64,000 nt of DNA from Octopus vulgaris (Eukaryota). Below are positions 27,022-39,860 of this stretch, piece by piece. Under the pieces are notes generated by a model. It saw only the letters and a list, made by a program, of their open reading frames with translations. It was not told where the DNA came from and ran no database searches. Made by a program: the position numbers and the translations under genes. Every line of letters starts with the position of its first letter. Within the stretch, counting starts at the first letter, position 1. Location: positions 162,750,001-162,814,000 of the forward strand of contig OX597815.1 of assembly GCA_951406725.2 (NCBI GenBank), given 5' to 3'.

Positions 27022-27529
27022 TGTAGTAGTAATCATCATCATCATCATCGTTTAACGTCCGCTTTCCATGCTAGCATGGGTTGGACTAGTAGTAGTAGTA
27101 GTAGTTGGTTTTGTTGTTAATGTCCTAGATCAGCCCAGATTGCTTAACCCTACAATGAAAGGTGCTTTGATTGCGATTATCACATTTTTTTTCAAGATAC
27201 CAGCTTGGGCAAGTGTCTTCTACTATAACTCTGGGCCACCTTGTGAGTGGATTTGGCATAGACTGAAAGAAACCCATTGTGTGCTCACACACACACACAC
27301 ACACTGCTGGACAAAATCTTAAGACCAGTGTAAAAGCTGCTGAAATTAACTCCTTGTAGACTGACATATTTAACTATTTTTCATTATAGATTCATCATTG
27401 GCAAATAGAAAAAGATATATGAAAACTTAAACAAATGTTTAACATTTAAGGCACAAAATATGCATTGTATGAAAACTAACAATATTTTGCCTGATCAAAA
27501 GTTTAAAACCATGATAAATAATAAAAATG

Positions 27530-28035
27530 AAAACAACGAATAAATAGTTAACAAGGGGACTCAATAGTCAGTAGCTCCCCCATTCCTGCAAATAACTTTA
27601 AAAATTCCCTGTGGCATACTTGACACAAGCATTTGCAGGAGGTTGTCCAGAATGTTATGCCATGCGGTGAAGATTGCCTGGCAAAGAGCACCCGCAGTCT
27701 CAAATTGCATTCCACTTTTGTAAACGTCTTTTGCCATCCATCCCCAAAGATGAGGTTTAGGTCAGGAGAACATAGAGAATGATTCAAAAGATGAACGTTT
27801 TTTGTTCTGAAGAAATCCTTTGGCCTATTAGCTTTATGGATTGTAGCATTATTCTGTTGATAAATCCAGCCTTCGCCACACAAATGACGGCCTTCAGTCA
27901 AGAGTGATACCTACTCCAACAAGACAACAGCCAGTTGCTGTTTGATGCCCTGCACAACCTGAATTTCCATAATTCATTTGTATGAGAAAGCACCCCAAAA
28001 CATGATAGAGCCTTCACCACTGTGCCTCATTGAAC
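27530..28035 (-). pseudogene. Tc1-family transposase catalytic-domain fragment
   Basis: GSIMFWGAFS...WIYQQNNATIHKA...CSPDLNLI. Confidence 0.8.
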
Positions 28036-28048
28036 AAGATATATAAAT

Positions 28049-28903
28049 GCAGGATGTGGTGAATATATTGTCATCTAAATTACGCAGAAATGAAAATAAC
28101 ACTGATATCTCATTTTAACAGATATATTTACCAAAATTACATAAAAATATCTTGAACTACTAAAGAGTAAAGTTATTCAATAAAATCGCCATTGGCTTCA
28201 ACCACAGCCTTCTAGATGACGTCAGAATCTCCTACAACTCTTCTAGATGGTTTCGTTGTTTAAGTTGGTGAATGCTGCCATGATCCTTGCCTTCAGTTCA
28301 TCTTTGGTATTATAAGAGGTTTCGTTGGTCTCTCACGCAATTGCACCCCACACATAATCAAGAGGGTTGCAGTCTGAAGTGTTAGGTAGCCAGATGTTAG
28401 ATGTGATGTAGCCGCAGAAATTGTCTGACAGCCACGACTGGGTTCTCCTGCTTGTGTGGCATGGTGGCAGAATCCTGCTGCTAGTCATAGAATCTTCTAG
28501 CAACCACTGTCTTGACCCAAGACAGCACTACTTTCTCCAGGCACTTGATGTTGTCTGAGGCCATGTAGGAAGATAAATGGAGGAATAATGTTGCTATCAC
28601 TGGTGATCACTCCATGTTTGATTTTTATCACTCTTGGTACATGTTTTAGGGACACAGCAAGCCAATGGTTGTTCTGTGTGTTCCCCATCAGTTCATATTG
28701 GAGCTTCTGGCACAAATGCCACACAGTACAGCATATCATTTCCAAATTTCTGGCAGAGAGAATTGCATCATGGTAATGTTTTTCTTACAGACAGTGTCCA
28801 ACTGACCCTACTATACTGTATAGTCAACAAAATCAAAAACAAACAAAGCACATGCATGAAATTAAAAATATAGCATGGTGACAATTTATCCATCGCTCTC
28901 TGT
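28049..28903 (-). mobile_element. Internally deleted maT/DD37D-like Tc1/mariner element, copy 1
   Basis: Degenerate TIRs; QQDSA..HTSRRTQSWLSDNF..WLPNTSDCNPLDYVWG; reverse-complement homologue of 32852-33705. Confidence 0.85.
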
Positions 28904-28939
28904 ACGTATACATGTACAGAGTGTTTGAAGTGGTGTGCA

Positions 28940-30320
28940 GGAGGCAGTCAGAATTTTGAATAATTCTTTATGATTAGCGCTTTTGTTCTGTTAAACGAAC
29001 TCAAGATAAGAATTAAAATCAAAATGATAACAATAAAATCAGAGTTTCCTTGTTCTGTTATGTGACGTTTTTTGCTTTGTTTTTTGCCATGAAGAAGCTC
29101 TCTTGGTGGACACCAAAGCCATCTAGCATACATTAATGCCACCCTACATGGCAAGTGGATATTGTCAGACAGGAATATAACAGTCATTAGAGCATTCATT
29201 TGCATTATTTCTCCCCAGTCGTATTAGCTGGGCACAGCGTCTGTGTGAGCTAATTATGTGGTGTTCGTAGTTTGTTTCATTTGAAGGGGTGTTCATGTGT
29301 TCATGCATATTGTCTCTGTTTCATTTCCAGTCCTTTTAACAAAATGCAGTTCCTCTGCTTCTCTTTCAAACATTTAATTTCGGAGAGAATTTTTTTATGA
29401 AGTGTAGCTCCATTGCTGTTCAGAACTTTCTGTCATCACTTGAACATTTGTAAAAGGGAAAGATTTTGAATTTTCCTTCACCACATATTTCTAGATGCTT
29501 TCTCAGTGAAATCTTATGTAGTGCCCCTTGTCGGATGTGGACTCTTGCACGATAGCAAAGAGAATTGTTTGTTTCATTAATATAATTCTCTGCAACTGGG
29601 GCAAGTAATACAGTATATGAGATTCTGTGTTTTGCAGTTAATATATGCATTTACTTTGAATGAGAATATGCTCTTGAACTTTATGTAGGAACCACTTTCT
29701 AAATATTGGATGCTGTTGTTGTTATTGCATGTTCCACATCTGCTATCTCTACATTCTTTTATGGAGAATTCTGATTCATTCTCTGATGTGAATTTTGCCC
29801 CTGTGAGGTGTTTTTTGAAATTTTTTGGCTAGTATCTACTGTTTTGTAAGAGAATTTCATCAGTCAGAGTGTCATTTTACTATTTTTTTAATTAACAGTA
29901 ATGATGATAATTGAAGAGGAAACATTTATATTACATTGTTACTGTTATTTCTGAATGTAGTTCCAATTTTAATAACGCGATTTTTATCTTTTTCCTCTCT
30001 TGTCTCCAAAACAATATAATTGAAAAGAGACTACTCTCTCTCTCTTTCTCTCTATCTATCTATCTATCTATCTATATTTCTCCCCCTCTTTGCTTTTCCT
30101 CCCTTTCTCCAAAATAAAAACAACAAAAAAATTTTCTTCTCGTCTAAACAAAGCAAAAAACATCCATAAAAGAACAAAGCAAGAAACATCACATAATAAA
30201 AGAAGGAAACGTTCTATTTTTATTGTTATAATTTTGATTTTAATTCTTATCTTGAAGAGTTTGTTTAAACAAACAAAAGTGCTAATAATAAAGAATTATC
30301 CAAATTTCTGACTGCCTCCT
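28940..30320 (-). mobile_element. Penelope-like element remnant (GIY-YIG) bounded by inverted terminal repeats
   Basis: NCKTQNLIYCITCPSCRELY / INET..R.RVH..KHLEICG..FKIFPFYK..E.HFIKKFSPKLN at ~29365-29650; inverted ~150-bp repeats 28940-29090 / 30165-30320. Confidence 0.8.
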
Positions 30321-30367
30321 TTTTTCTCCGTCAACATAAAAAATTTGAATGGTAATTGTAGTTAAGA

Positions 30368-30680
30368 CACCAGTGCTGGTGACACGTAAAAGCACCGTTT
30401 AAGTGTAGCAGTTACCAGCGTCGCCTGACTGGTGTCCGTGTCATGTAAAAACACCAACCGATCTTGGCTGTTTGCCAGCCTGCGCTGGCTCCTGTGCCGG
30501 TGGCACGTAAAAAACACCCACTACACTCACGGAGTGGTTGGCGTTAGGAAGGGCATCCAGCTGTAGAAACACTGCCAAATCAGACGGGAGTCTGGTGCAG
30601 CCTCCATGGCTTGCCAGACCCCGGTCGAACCATCCAACCCATGCTAGCATGGAAAACGGACGTTAAATGATGATGATGAT
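30368..30680 (+). mobile_element. RTE LINE 3'UTR copy with (GAT)n tail, CpG-rich (young)
   Basis: Homologous to 6830-7213. Confidence 0.85.
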
Positions 30681-30739
30681 GTATATATATATGTATATGT
30701 ATGTATATCTATTTATCTATCTATCTATCTATATGTATG

Positions 30740-30770
<31 letters not shown>

Positions 30771-30827
30771 ATATGTATGTATTTATGTATATATGTATGT
30801 ATGTATATATATATATATATATATATT

Positions 30828-31035
30828 ACGGAGATGTACTCACATAGCAAGTAATTTGATCTGAGATTGTGTGCTGGAACGAAAACAATTGCAGCGTGGG
30901 AGGTGTTTATAAGCCATTTAAGAAACACACAAAAGCCGTTCGATTCACTCCAACATTTAAGTTTAATTTGTCAAAATATTTTCGTCGCTAAAATCCGCGA
31001 CCTGTTCACTGACAAAGTCCGTGCTGCATCTACTG
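30828..31035 (-). mobile_element. Short Penelope-type terminal-repeat insert in (TA)n carrying a variant HHR
   Basis: CpG-rich non-microsatellite segment beginning right after (TA)n; contains the 30967-31016 motif. Confidence 0.55.
30967..31016 (-). ncRNA. Minimal hammerhead ribozyme with G3-C8 compensatory core variant
   Basis: Reverse complement: tttgtca GTGAACA g gtcgc ggatttta gcgac GAAA atat TT tgacaaa; perfect 7-bp stem I, 5-bp stem II, palindromic stem III. Confidence 0.65.
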
Positions 31036-31116
31036 TTTGCAGTGTTTGATTTTTTTCAAGCTATACCAATTATAATTAAGATATTTAAATGATCCCAATT
31101 TACCTGTTACACCCTG

Positions 31117-31149
<33 letters not shown>

Positions 31150-31256
31150 TTATATATGTATATATATTTATGTATGTATATATATATGTATGTATGTATG
31201 TATGTATATGTATGTATGTATGTATGTATGTATATATATATATATATATATATATA

Positions 31257-32484
31257 CAGGGTGTAACAGGTAAATTGGGATCATTTAAATATCTTAATTA
31301 TAATTGGTATAGCTTGAAAAAAATCAAACACTGCAAATTTTATGTTTATGCCAATTTATTGTGGCATGTTTAGCACTTATTCCAGTTCAGTCTGTTAATG
31401 AAATGATATGCATGCCTTAACTACTTCTTTCTTTCTCATTTTACTGAATGCTTGCTTGATTGAAGCCATCAGTGAAGATACACAGTAGTGTGAAGTTGCT
31501 TTGGATATTGCTTCAACTGTGCCTCGTAGCCAAAAATCACACAGATTCACATCTGGTGAGCTAGAGGGCCAGATATCTTTTGGGACGAATAATTCCTTCT
31601 TCAAAAATTCTTGCATTCTTTTCAAAGAATTGGTGGGTATGGAGTCCTATACTAACATGACCTGACTTCCATCATAATGCTTCCTAATCCAAGGCAACAA
31701 AACTTCTAAGATTTTGAGATAGTCTCCTATGTTGATTTTAAGACTTGCTTCAATAAAATGTAGAGGTAGCAAATTCCCATTACTTGCAACAGCTCCAAAG
31801 ACCATGAGTTCAAATCTCATGGCTGAAGGAACTAGGAAAGGTTTTCACATTATCACTCGTGAGTTTTGATAGTTTGCAACTTCATCTACCATGAACTTCT
31901 TTTCATCCACGAAGATGTGGACGATTCTACCACGATGCTTCAGATGACTAAGAAGTTTGGCACTTCTTTCAGCTTGAATGGCTTTGAAGCAGGTAGTTAG
32001 AATGTTATGATGTCTCCTCATGTACAATTTCATATGGAGGTCTTGTCTCACAGCCCCAGAAATGGTCATTTTACTGATTCCTCAATCTTGAGCCAACTTC
32101 ACCATCGGTTTTGATAGGCTTGACTCAATCAATCTTGAAAGTTCTGCTAAGAAGCAAGGTATGCATTTTTGGTCACTGCAAAGATTGTGAGACTTTCTCT
32201 GAACAACCTGACTTTTCTCTAAATTGGTTGCAACTCTAAAAACAATAGATTTGGCTCCTTTGTGGCTCTAACAATTTCCCAGCACTTTTACTGGCATGGA
32301 ATAATTTGGCAATTACACTTTCATGGTTTAATTCATTATTAACATTCATAATTTGTTCAGTCAGAGATAGAAAATAATACGAGTGCTTATTCATGCTGGT
32401 AATGTTTAAAATTTAGACTCCAACAAAATCTGTAGAATTAGAAATATACCCATTTGAAACTTGTTTCAATTTACTTGTTACACC

Positions 32485-32487
<3 letters not shown>
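31257..32487 (-). mobile_element. Near full-length maT/DD37D-like transposon, transposase pseudogenised
   Basis: TIRs cagggtgtaacaggtaaattg / caatttacttgttacaccatg; HIFVDEKKFMVD..NYQNSRVI; WPSSSPDVNLCDFWL. Confidence 0.85.
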
Positions 32488-32531
<44 letters not shown>

Positions 32532-32851
32532 AATATCTTTAATCTCGAAACATGTATGTAGCTAATCCGAGTTGTATGGATTCATTATTTTTTCTTTTTG
32601 CCTATGTAAAAAAGTGTGTTCCTGTCTGGGAGATCTTTATGGTAGTAGAAAAGGCATTTAGCTCCTATTTCTAAAATCAGTGCATGGCGAAGCTATTAGC
32701 TGACCCCTTGAGTATAATTATCATCATCATCATCATCATAATTATAGAATATTTGTATAATTTTACCTAAAACAGTTATTTTTAATGTACTGACTACTTG
32801 GTAAAATTATTAATTATTAATTAATTAATTAATTTTGCTCTTTTATTATTG

Positions 32852-33705
32852 ATAGGGTGCAATGGGCAAATTGTCACCATTTTATATTTTTAATTTCGTG
32901 CATGTGCATTCATTATTTTTGATTTTGTTGACTATACAGTATAGTAGGGTCAGTTGGGCACCATCTGTGAGAAAAACAGTACCATGACAATCTACTCAGC
33001 CAGAAATTTGGAAATGACATGTTGGACATGTTGTACTGTTTAGCATTCATGCTGGAAACACCAATATGAACTGATGGTGAACACACAGAACAACCATTGG
33101 CTTGCCGTATCCCCAAAACATGTACTGAGAGTGATCATTAGTGATTGCGACGTTATGCCTCCATTCGTCTTCCCACACAGCCTCACACTAAACATGGAAG
33201 CCTATATTAAGTGTCTGGAGAAGGTAGTGCTGCCTTGGGTCAAGATGGTAGTTGCTGAAAGACCCTATGTCTGGTAAGAGGACTCGGCACTATGCCACAC
33301 AAGCAGGAGAACCCAGTCATGGCTGTCAGACAATTTCTGTTACCACACCACCCCTAACATCTGGCCACCTAACTCCCCAGACTGCAACCCCCTTGATTAT
33401 TATGTGTGGGGCGCAGCTGAGTGAGTGACCTACAAAACTCCTTGTGACACCAAAGATAAACTGAAGGCAAGGATTATGGCAGCATTCACCAACTTAAACA
33501 AGGAGACCATCCAGAAGAGTTGCAGGAGATTCCAAAGTTGTCTGGAGGTCATTATTGAAACCAATGGCAATTTTATTGAATAAATTTACTCTTTAGTATT
33601 TCAGGATATCTTTATGTAATTTGGGTAAATGTATCAGCTAAAATGAGATATCAGTGTTATTTTCATTTTTGCGTAATTTAGATGATAACATATTCACTGT
33701 ACTCT
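32852..33705 (+). mobile_element. Internally deleted maT/DD37D-like element, copy 2
   Basis: MPPFVFPHSLTLNMEAYIKCLEKVVLPWV..RPYVW..DSA..HTSRRTQSWL..WPPNSPDCNPLDYYVWG. Confidence 0.85.
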
Positions 33706-33725
33706 CTCTCTCTCTCTCTCTCTCC

Positions 33726-33810
<85 letters not shown>

Positions 33811-34349
33811 TACATATATATGGTGGTGGCAGTGGTAGTAGCAGTGGCAGCAGTGACAAGTTTAAATTATTGTTCCTGTTCGTACATGATGTAGTGAGGT
33901 GGAGCTCAACAGAGCATTTCAGATCACTGCAATTGATAAGGAGACCTAAAGGGTCACTATAAATCCTAGATGACCCCATCAACAGAAATGGTTTACTGCT
34001 GAGAGAATTTGCAATTAGATCGACTTCAGTGCTATTTTGAAACCATGTAATATGGATAAATTAATTCATCCTTCTTCTGAAGGTTAATACGTAGTATTTA
34101 GTGTAGAAATAACCCATGAATATTCACTTAATTTTTGCTTGCCAAATTTCCTTTGTATGTCTTGGATTGACTTGAGGCTCATAGCAGGATCAGACCTGGA
34201 ATTCTGTGATTGCAAAGCAAAATTCTTATTCATTCATCCATGCACCTTTATTTTCATTTATCTTGTAGAAAATATTGATTTCTACCTGATCATCAAAGTT
34301 AAGCAGCAAGTGCTTCAACAGTTTATCTCTGTTTCCTTTTCTCTTCCAC

Positions 34350-34387
<38 letters not shown>

Positions 34388-35914
34388 CCTCATTCTCTAT
34401 ATTTTCTTCCACTTTAACTATCTATATAGTTAGAAATGTCTGATAGACAACTTAGAATATATAAGAAATAAAAAAAATATTAAAAAAACACGAAGTGGCA
34501 TATTTATTATGGGGAAAGAACAAAAGTGAGAAATTAAAATGATTAGAAATTTGTGAAGAAAAACTAGAAGAGATTTAAAAATAAGAAGGTATAAAGAGAA
34601 TTAGATGAAACGGAAAGTAAAAGCCAAGGAATAAAAAAATCTTCCAGCTTGTGCTGACATGATAAATTAGAAATTTTATAGCCATTACATTTACTTTGAG
34701 CTTGTAAGATTTTTGATATGTTCTTTTATTTTAGATGACTTCAGATAATAGTATTTATGTGGATACAATCTGAAATCATTAACAGCTGACATAAAACTTA
34801 TGTAGTGGCTTATAGGCCATTTTTAGTTCAGACAAAAAAAAAATATCTTCCTAAAACTTTCTATGGTAAATTTATTTGGCACTAAATTGAGAATTATTTT
34901 TGCAAGTGACTCAAGATTTCTGATTTAAAATACAACCTTACCATACTGCCAGAAATATTCACATGCGTCTGACTGTCATTGCATTGAAGTTCCAATGAGT
35001 GCATTGCTTGTCTGGTGGAATGGTTGATATTGTCTGAAATACTGTCTGGTACTCTGGCAGGTAGTGGATGTGTGTGGCTTAGTGATCATAAGGTTGTGGT
35101 TTCAATTCCTGGATTGGGTGATGCATTGTGTTCTTGAGCAGAACACTTCATTTAACTTTGCTCCAGCCCACTCAGCTGGCGAAAATGAGCATCTCTTTGA
35201 TGGACTGGCATCCCATCCAGGTGGAGAATTTACATGCTATGGAAACTGGTCTTTATGAGTTGGCATAAATCGAGAAGGTAACCTTTACCTAGCTCAGTGA
35301 AGCTTCAGCATTAGTATTCTATAGAGGACTATTGGCAGGTGAGAGTGATTTCTGACAATCTTGGAGGAACTCTAGGTATCAATAAGAATCAATTGGGAAG
35401 TCTGTTGCAGAGTTGTTTTGGCTTTAAGACTTTGGATAGAATTTAGGCATTTCTGGTTTAGCATGACTATTTGGAAGCATTGTTAGTTTGAGATAAACTC
35501 TACATGAAAGTGCTTTGGCTGGGCCTGTCTTCGATGCCAGCAGAGTAATGAAACCGTTCTGCGTGCTCATGTTCCATGTCTTATGCCACATCTAATTTTT
35601 CTGGATGTTGTTACTGACTCAATCATATTTGTAGACTAGCTTAAAAGCTGCCCTTACTGGGTGGTTTTTAAGCTAGTATATGGCTTTTAAGCTACTGACC
35701 CTGAACGGGAAGATCTGCAAACAGATCTCTGACTTGTTTTAGAGAATTTGTTGCAATTGCTTCATCCAGAGTCATATCCCAATGATGATCATGTAAGAGA
35801 ATCACTGAAAATAATTGCTGGATTTTGCAATTAATTTCAATTATTCCCAAAATTTATTTCAAAGTTATAAAAAATGTCATTGTACAAAAAAATTTCTCTC
35901 AAAAAAATCACATA

Positions 35915-36191
35915 AAAAAATCGCTGGAAACAATTGCAATAATGAAAACCTGAGAATCCAAAATTCCAGGATTGCGGGTCCAGATTTGGCCCAGAATATT
36001 TTTAATTTACTTACAGAATCGGCCTTTAGATTATTATAATTATTATCGTACAAAAAAAATTTGTTGCAAAATGTTATGTAAAAAAATCGCCTGAAACAAT
36101 CGCAGTAATGAACACTTGGGAATCCAAAATTTCAGGATTGTGGGTCTGGATTCAGCCTGGAATGTTTTTAATTTACTTACAGAGTCAGCCT
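35915..36191 (+). repeat. Diverged direct tandem repeat (~165-bp period)
   Basis: aaaaatcgc..gaaacaat..gaatccaaaatt.caggattg.gggtc..tttttaatttacttacaga occurs twice. Confidence 0.8.
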
Positions 36192-37554
36192 GATTCCAAA
36201 ATGGTATGATTTGTTGAACTATGGACTCTAGGAGTAAAGTTGAAAAAGTGTGACACACTGACACACTGACATTCACATTTATTATATTAGATATACTCAG
36301 AGTTTGCAAGAATTGGACTGTTAGAAATAACATAGTCAAGCATTTCAGGGTACTGATTGCTTAGTCTGCACTTAATGCTAACTTTTGCTTTATCATTTAT
36401 AGCGTTTAGTAGCTAGCACTGATTCTGCAGAGCAAAAATCAAACTTACTTTTTGCTTTTAATCCATTGTTAATGTTTTTGTGATTGTTTGTGCTAATTTT
36501 CTTTTATTCTTTGCCCGAAATTTTGTAGTTCTTCAGTCGTTGTTTTATAAATCATTTTTCTTATTGCATAAGGTTATCATGATCATGATCATGTTCATGA
36601 TCATCATGATCATCATGATCATGATCATGATCATGATCATCATCAATCATCATCGTTATTTAACATCGGTATTCCATGCTACTATGGGCTGGACAAGATC
36701 CAACTGGTCAGGGATCTGTGTCAAGCTCCAATGTCTGGTTTGGCTTATTTTCTATGGTTGGATGTCCTTTCTAGCACCAACTACTTCATAAGTGTACTGG
36801 GTACATTTCCATATCACTGGCAGGAGTAAAGTCACCCTTGGTTGATGTGGGCGTGGTATTGTGGAAGGTGGCTTATGCAAGGTGTTGAGAGGCAAGATTA
36901 TGATAAAGGGATAGCAACAGGTGTCTTGCTGTTGAGGAGATACATAGCTGCATCTGTGGTAAATATATTTTTTCCTGTGTCAGATTTTGGGTGGTATGTT
37001 CTGTGGTCATTATTATTATTATTTGTTTCTTTTCTATCTGTTCTTCTTAATCAGCTTAGCATCCAACTGAAAATAATTTAACAAGCTCAGTGGCACCGTT
37101 ATTCTATATATCAACCGTTATTCTATATATCATTGACAGGAAGATGAATCGCTGCTATCTCTAGTGGTTTAAGCATCCATTATTGACAAGACCAAGGAAG
37201 ACTGAAATCACATGATCAGGTGGTCTTGACCTTGGAAGTGGCAAGGATTTATCTCCCTGCTAGCAATATATAAATACGAGTGCATTTTACACCAAATGCC
37301 AATATGAGAGTTTCTCTCATGATATCTACCACAGTATAGTTTGTTCTAATAGAACATCCACGTTTAAGTGGAGATAAACATTACCTCTCAGTTATAATAC
37401 TGCCTCCATTGTTAATATGTAATAGTTTAATTATAACTTACTGCTATTGCTGGGATAGGTAAACTATTGACACTTGTCTTTTATATTTTATTTTTAACAT
37501 GTTTCAGTCATTGGACTGTGGCCATGCTGGAGTATCTCCTTGAATTGTTTAGTC

Positions 37555-37863
37555 CAGGTCTGATCAGCTTGAATTACATTGTGGACCACTTTAATCACAG
37601 AAAGTTTTTTGAGGGCTACTTGTATACTGACAGAATTGAAAGCATTTTGCTTTCTCCTGCTGTTATTACAATAATGAATGAAGGATCATTGATTCAACAT
37701 GAAATATCATCGTTGCAAAAACAGTAGTATCATTCTTTTTCACTTTTCATTACAATCTTTAATTTTTGATAAAATTTTAAAGATGTTTGTTTAAATAAAC
37801 CCATTTCAAGAAAGTATTAAGCGGGCCATATGCAGTCTGCAGGCCTCTGGTCGGTCAGCCCTG
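37555..37863. mobile_element. hAT MITE inserted in an antisense SINE family A
   Basis: TIRs caggtctgatc / ggtcagccctg; 8-bp TSD gtttagtc / ctttagtc. Confidence 0.65.
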
Positions 37864-38741
37864 CTTTAGTCGAACAAAGTGACTCTAGTACCTATGTTCT
37901 TTTTCTTTAACATCTGGTACTTATTCTATTGGTCTCTATTGCCAAATTGCTAAGTTACAGGGATGTAAACAAACCAATACCAGTTGTCAAGCAGTGGGGA
38001 TGTGGAGCACAAACACACACACATATACAATGAGCTTCTTTCGGTTTCCATCAACCAAATACACTCACAAAGCATTGGTTGGCTTTGGGCTATAGTAGAA
38101 AACACTTACCCAAGATACCACACAGTGGTACTGAACTTGAAACCATGTGATTTCAAAGCAAGCTTTTTAACCTCACAGCTATGTACATATTTTTTGCATT
38201 TAGCACTGTTTTAAGTATTACTCTAATGTATCTATAATGTAGCATCTAAATCTTTTCTGTTATTTGAGTGTTCTATACACCATCTATTTCATTTTATATC
38301 GAAGTTTTTGTAAGTCTGTGGTAGTTTAATTCTCCTGTATTAGTTTTTTTTGTTTGTTTTATATCTAATATAATATTTCATTTAAGTTTTCTTTCTTCAA
38401 GGTGGCCAAGGCCAATTTTTTAAGATGAACTTCGTATCAATTCCTCTAGTAAATCTGAGTGCTACATGTAGTGCTGTTTCCAGTTGTTTACCATTTTCAG
38501 TATACAACTTGAGGTTATCCACATATGAAAGATATGGTTATCCTCCCATAGAATTAAGTCCAGTTTGGTTTCTTATATTAGTTAAAGATGTTAATTCCAG
38601 ATAGATAAAATGTAAACAAAAAAAGAGAGAGGAACTCCTTGGAATATCATGTCTCTTCTAATAGAAGCAGGATTTCTAGTATCTAATTCTTCCTTTCATT
38701 TATACCTGCAGGATTATTTACCATTTATTCATGATATACAT

Positions 38742-39233
38742 CAGTGGTACTCAACTGGGATCCACATGACCCTGTAGGGGTGGTGGATATAGAAGATTTA
38801 GTTCTTAAAAATTATATGCAATCTACTTCTACAATACACAAAATATTTTAACAACTGTTTTTTATACAATTCCTAATAGTATTTGTGGAGGTGCGTGGCT
38901 TAGTGGTTAGGCTGTCAGCACCATGATTGTAAGATTGTGGTTTCGATTCCTGGACCGGGAGATGCTGCTCCAGTCCATTCAGCTTGCAAAAATGAGTAAT
39001 GCTATGATGGACTGGCGTCCCATCCAGCTAGGGAACACACACACCATAGAAATCAGGAAACCAGGCCCATAAGCCTGGCTAGGCTTTAAAAGGGCGCATT
39101 TATTTATTTTAATAGTATTTAATTATAAAAATATAATGGGATTTCTTAAAACTTCAAAATGGCTATGGGGGTCCAGTAGAGTAAAATAGAAATCAAAGCG
39201 GTCCCTCAGGTAAAAAGTGGTTGAGAACCACTG
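38742..39233. mobile_element. hAT (Charlie-like) MITE containing a SINE
   Basis: cagtggtactcaac...ggttgagaaccactg. Confidence 0.8.
38885..39109 (+). mobile_element. Complete SINE family C with (ATTT)n tail and 11-bp TSD
   Basis: A box tggcttagtgg, B box ggtttcgattcc; TSD taatagtattt at 38874-38884 and 39110-39120. Confidence 0.85.
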
Positions 39234-39860
39234 ATACATGTGATATGTCTGTTTATTACTGGTGCTTTCTTACTAATGGCTAATGCTTCCACACATGCAG
39301 GAATATCTTTCTGGTTGTCAATCTATGCTATGTTCAGACTCTTTTTTTCTCTTTCCACTGCTTTCACTTATTGAGTAATTGATATTAACAACCATATGAG
39401 CCCTTGTAGTATCCCTACTGTTATTCTGGAAATGATTTTGGGTTTTCTCAGGTACTTTTCAGGTGTTTATTTATCCTCTCTATTATTGGTTTCAAAGGTG
39501 CAAGCTGGCAGGATCGTTAGCACGCTGGGTGTAATGCTTAGTGGCATCTCATCTGTCTTTTCATTCTGTGTTCAAATTCCATTGAGGTCAACTTTGCCTT
39601 TCCTCCTTTCAGAGTTGATAAAATAAGTACCAGTTGAGTACTGGGGTCGATGTAGCTTCTCCCATCAAGACTGCTGGCTTTGTACCTAAATTTGAAACCA
39701 ATATTATTGGTTTCAAACTTTGACACAAGGCCAACAATTTTGAGTGGGGGGTGGTAAGTTGATTAGACTGACCTCAGTGCTCAACTGGTACTTACTTTAT
39801 TGACCATGAAAGAATGAATGGTTCAGTTGACCTTGGTGAAATTTGAACTCAGAACGCAAA

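Larger units (their letters stand above)
38230..39480 (-). pseudogene. Decayed R4/Dong-like (early-branching) non-LTR RT, interrupted by a hAT MITE
   Basis: KSLNIA*IDNQK (cf. L..AWIDY.KAF), IFQG, YVDNLKLYTENGKQLETALHVALRFTRGIDTKF (cf. YMDDLKLY..N...L...V..FS.DI.M.F). Confidence 0.55.

Noticed and set aside
33870-34075. Ig-like ITWFQNSTEV (-) or cadherin-like ITAIDKE (+) peptides
   Set aside because: Stops in all frames after the nearest acceptor; more likely decayed LINE endonuclease (NRNGLLLREFA) or chance
38885-38960. tRNA gene candidates from A/B boxes
   Set aside because: These are SINE heads followed by SINE bodies; no full cloverleaf
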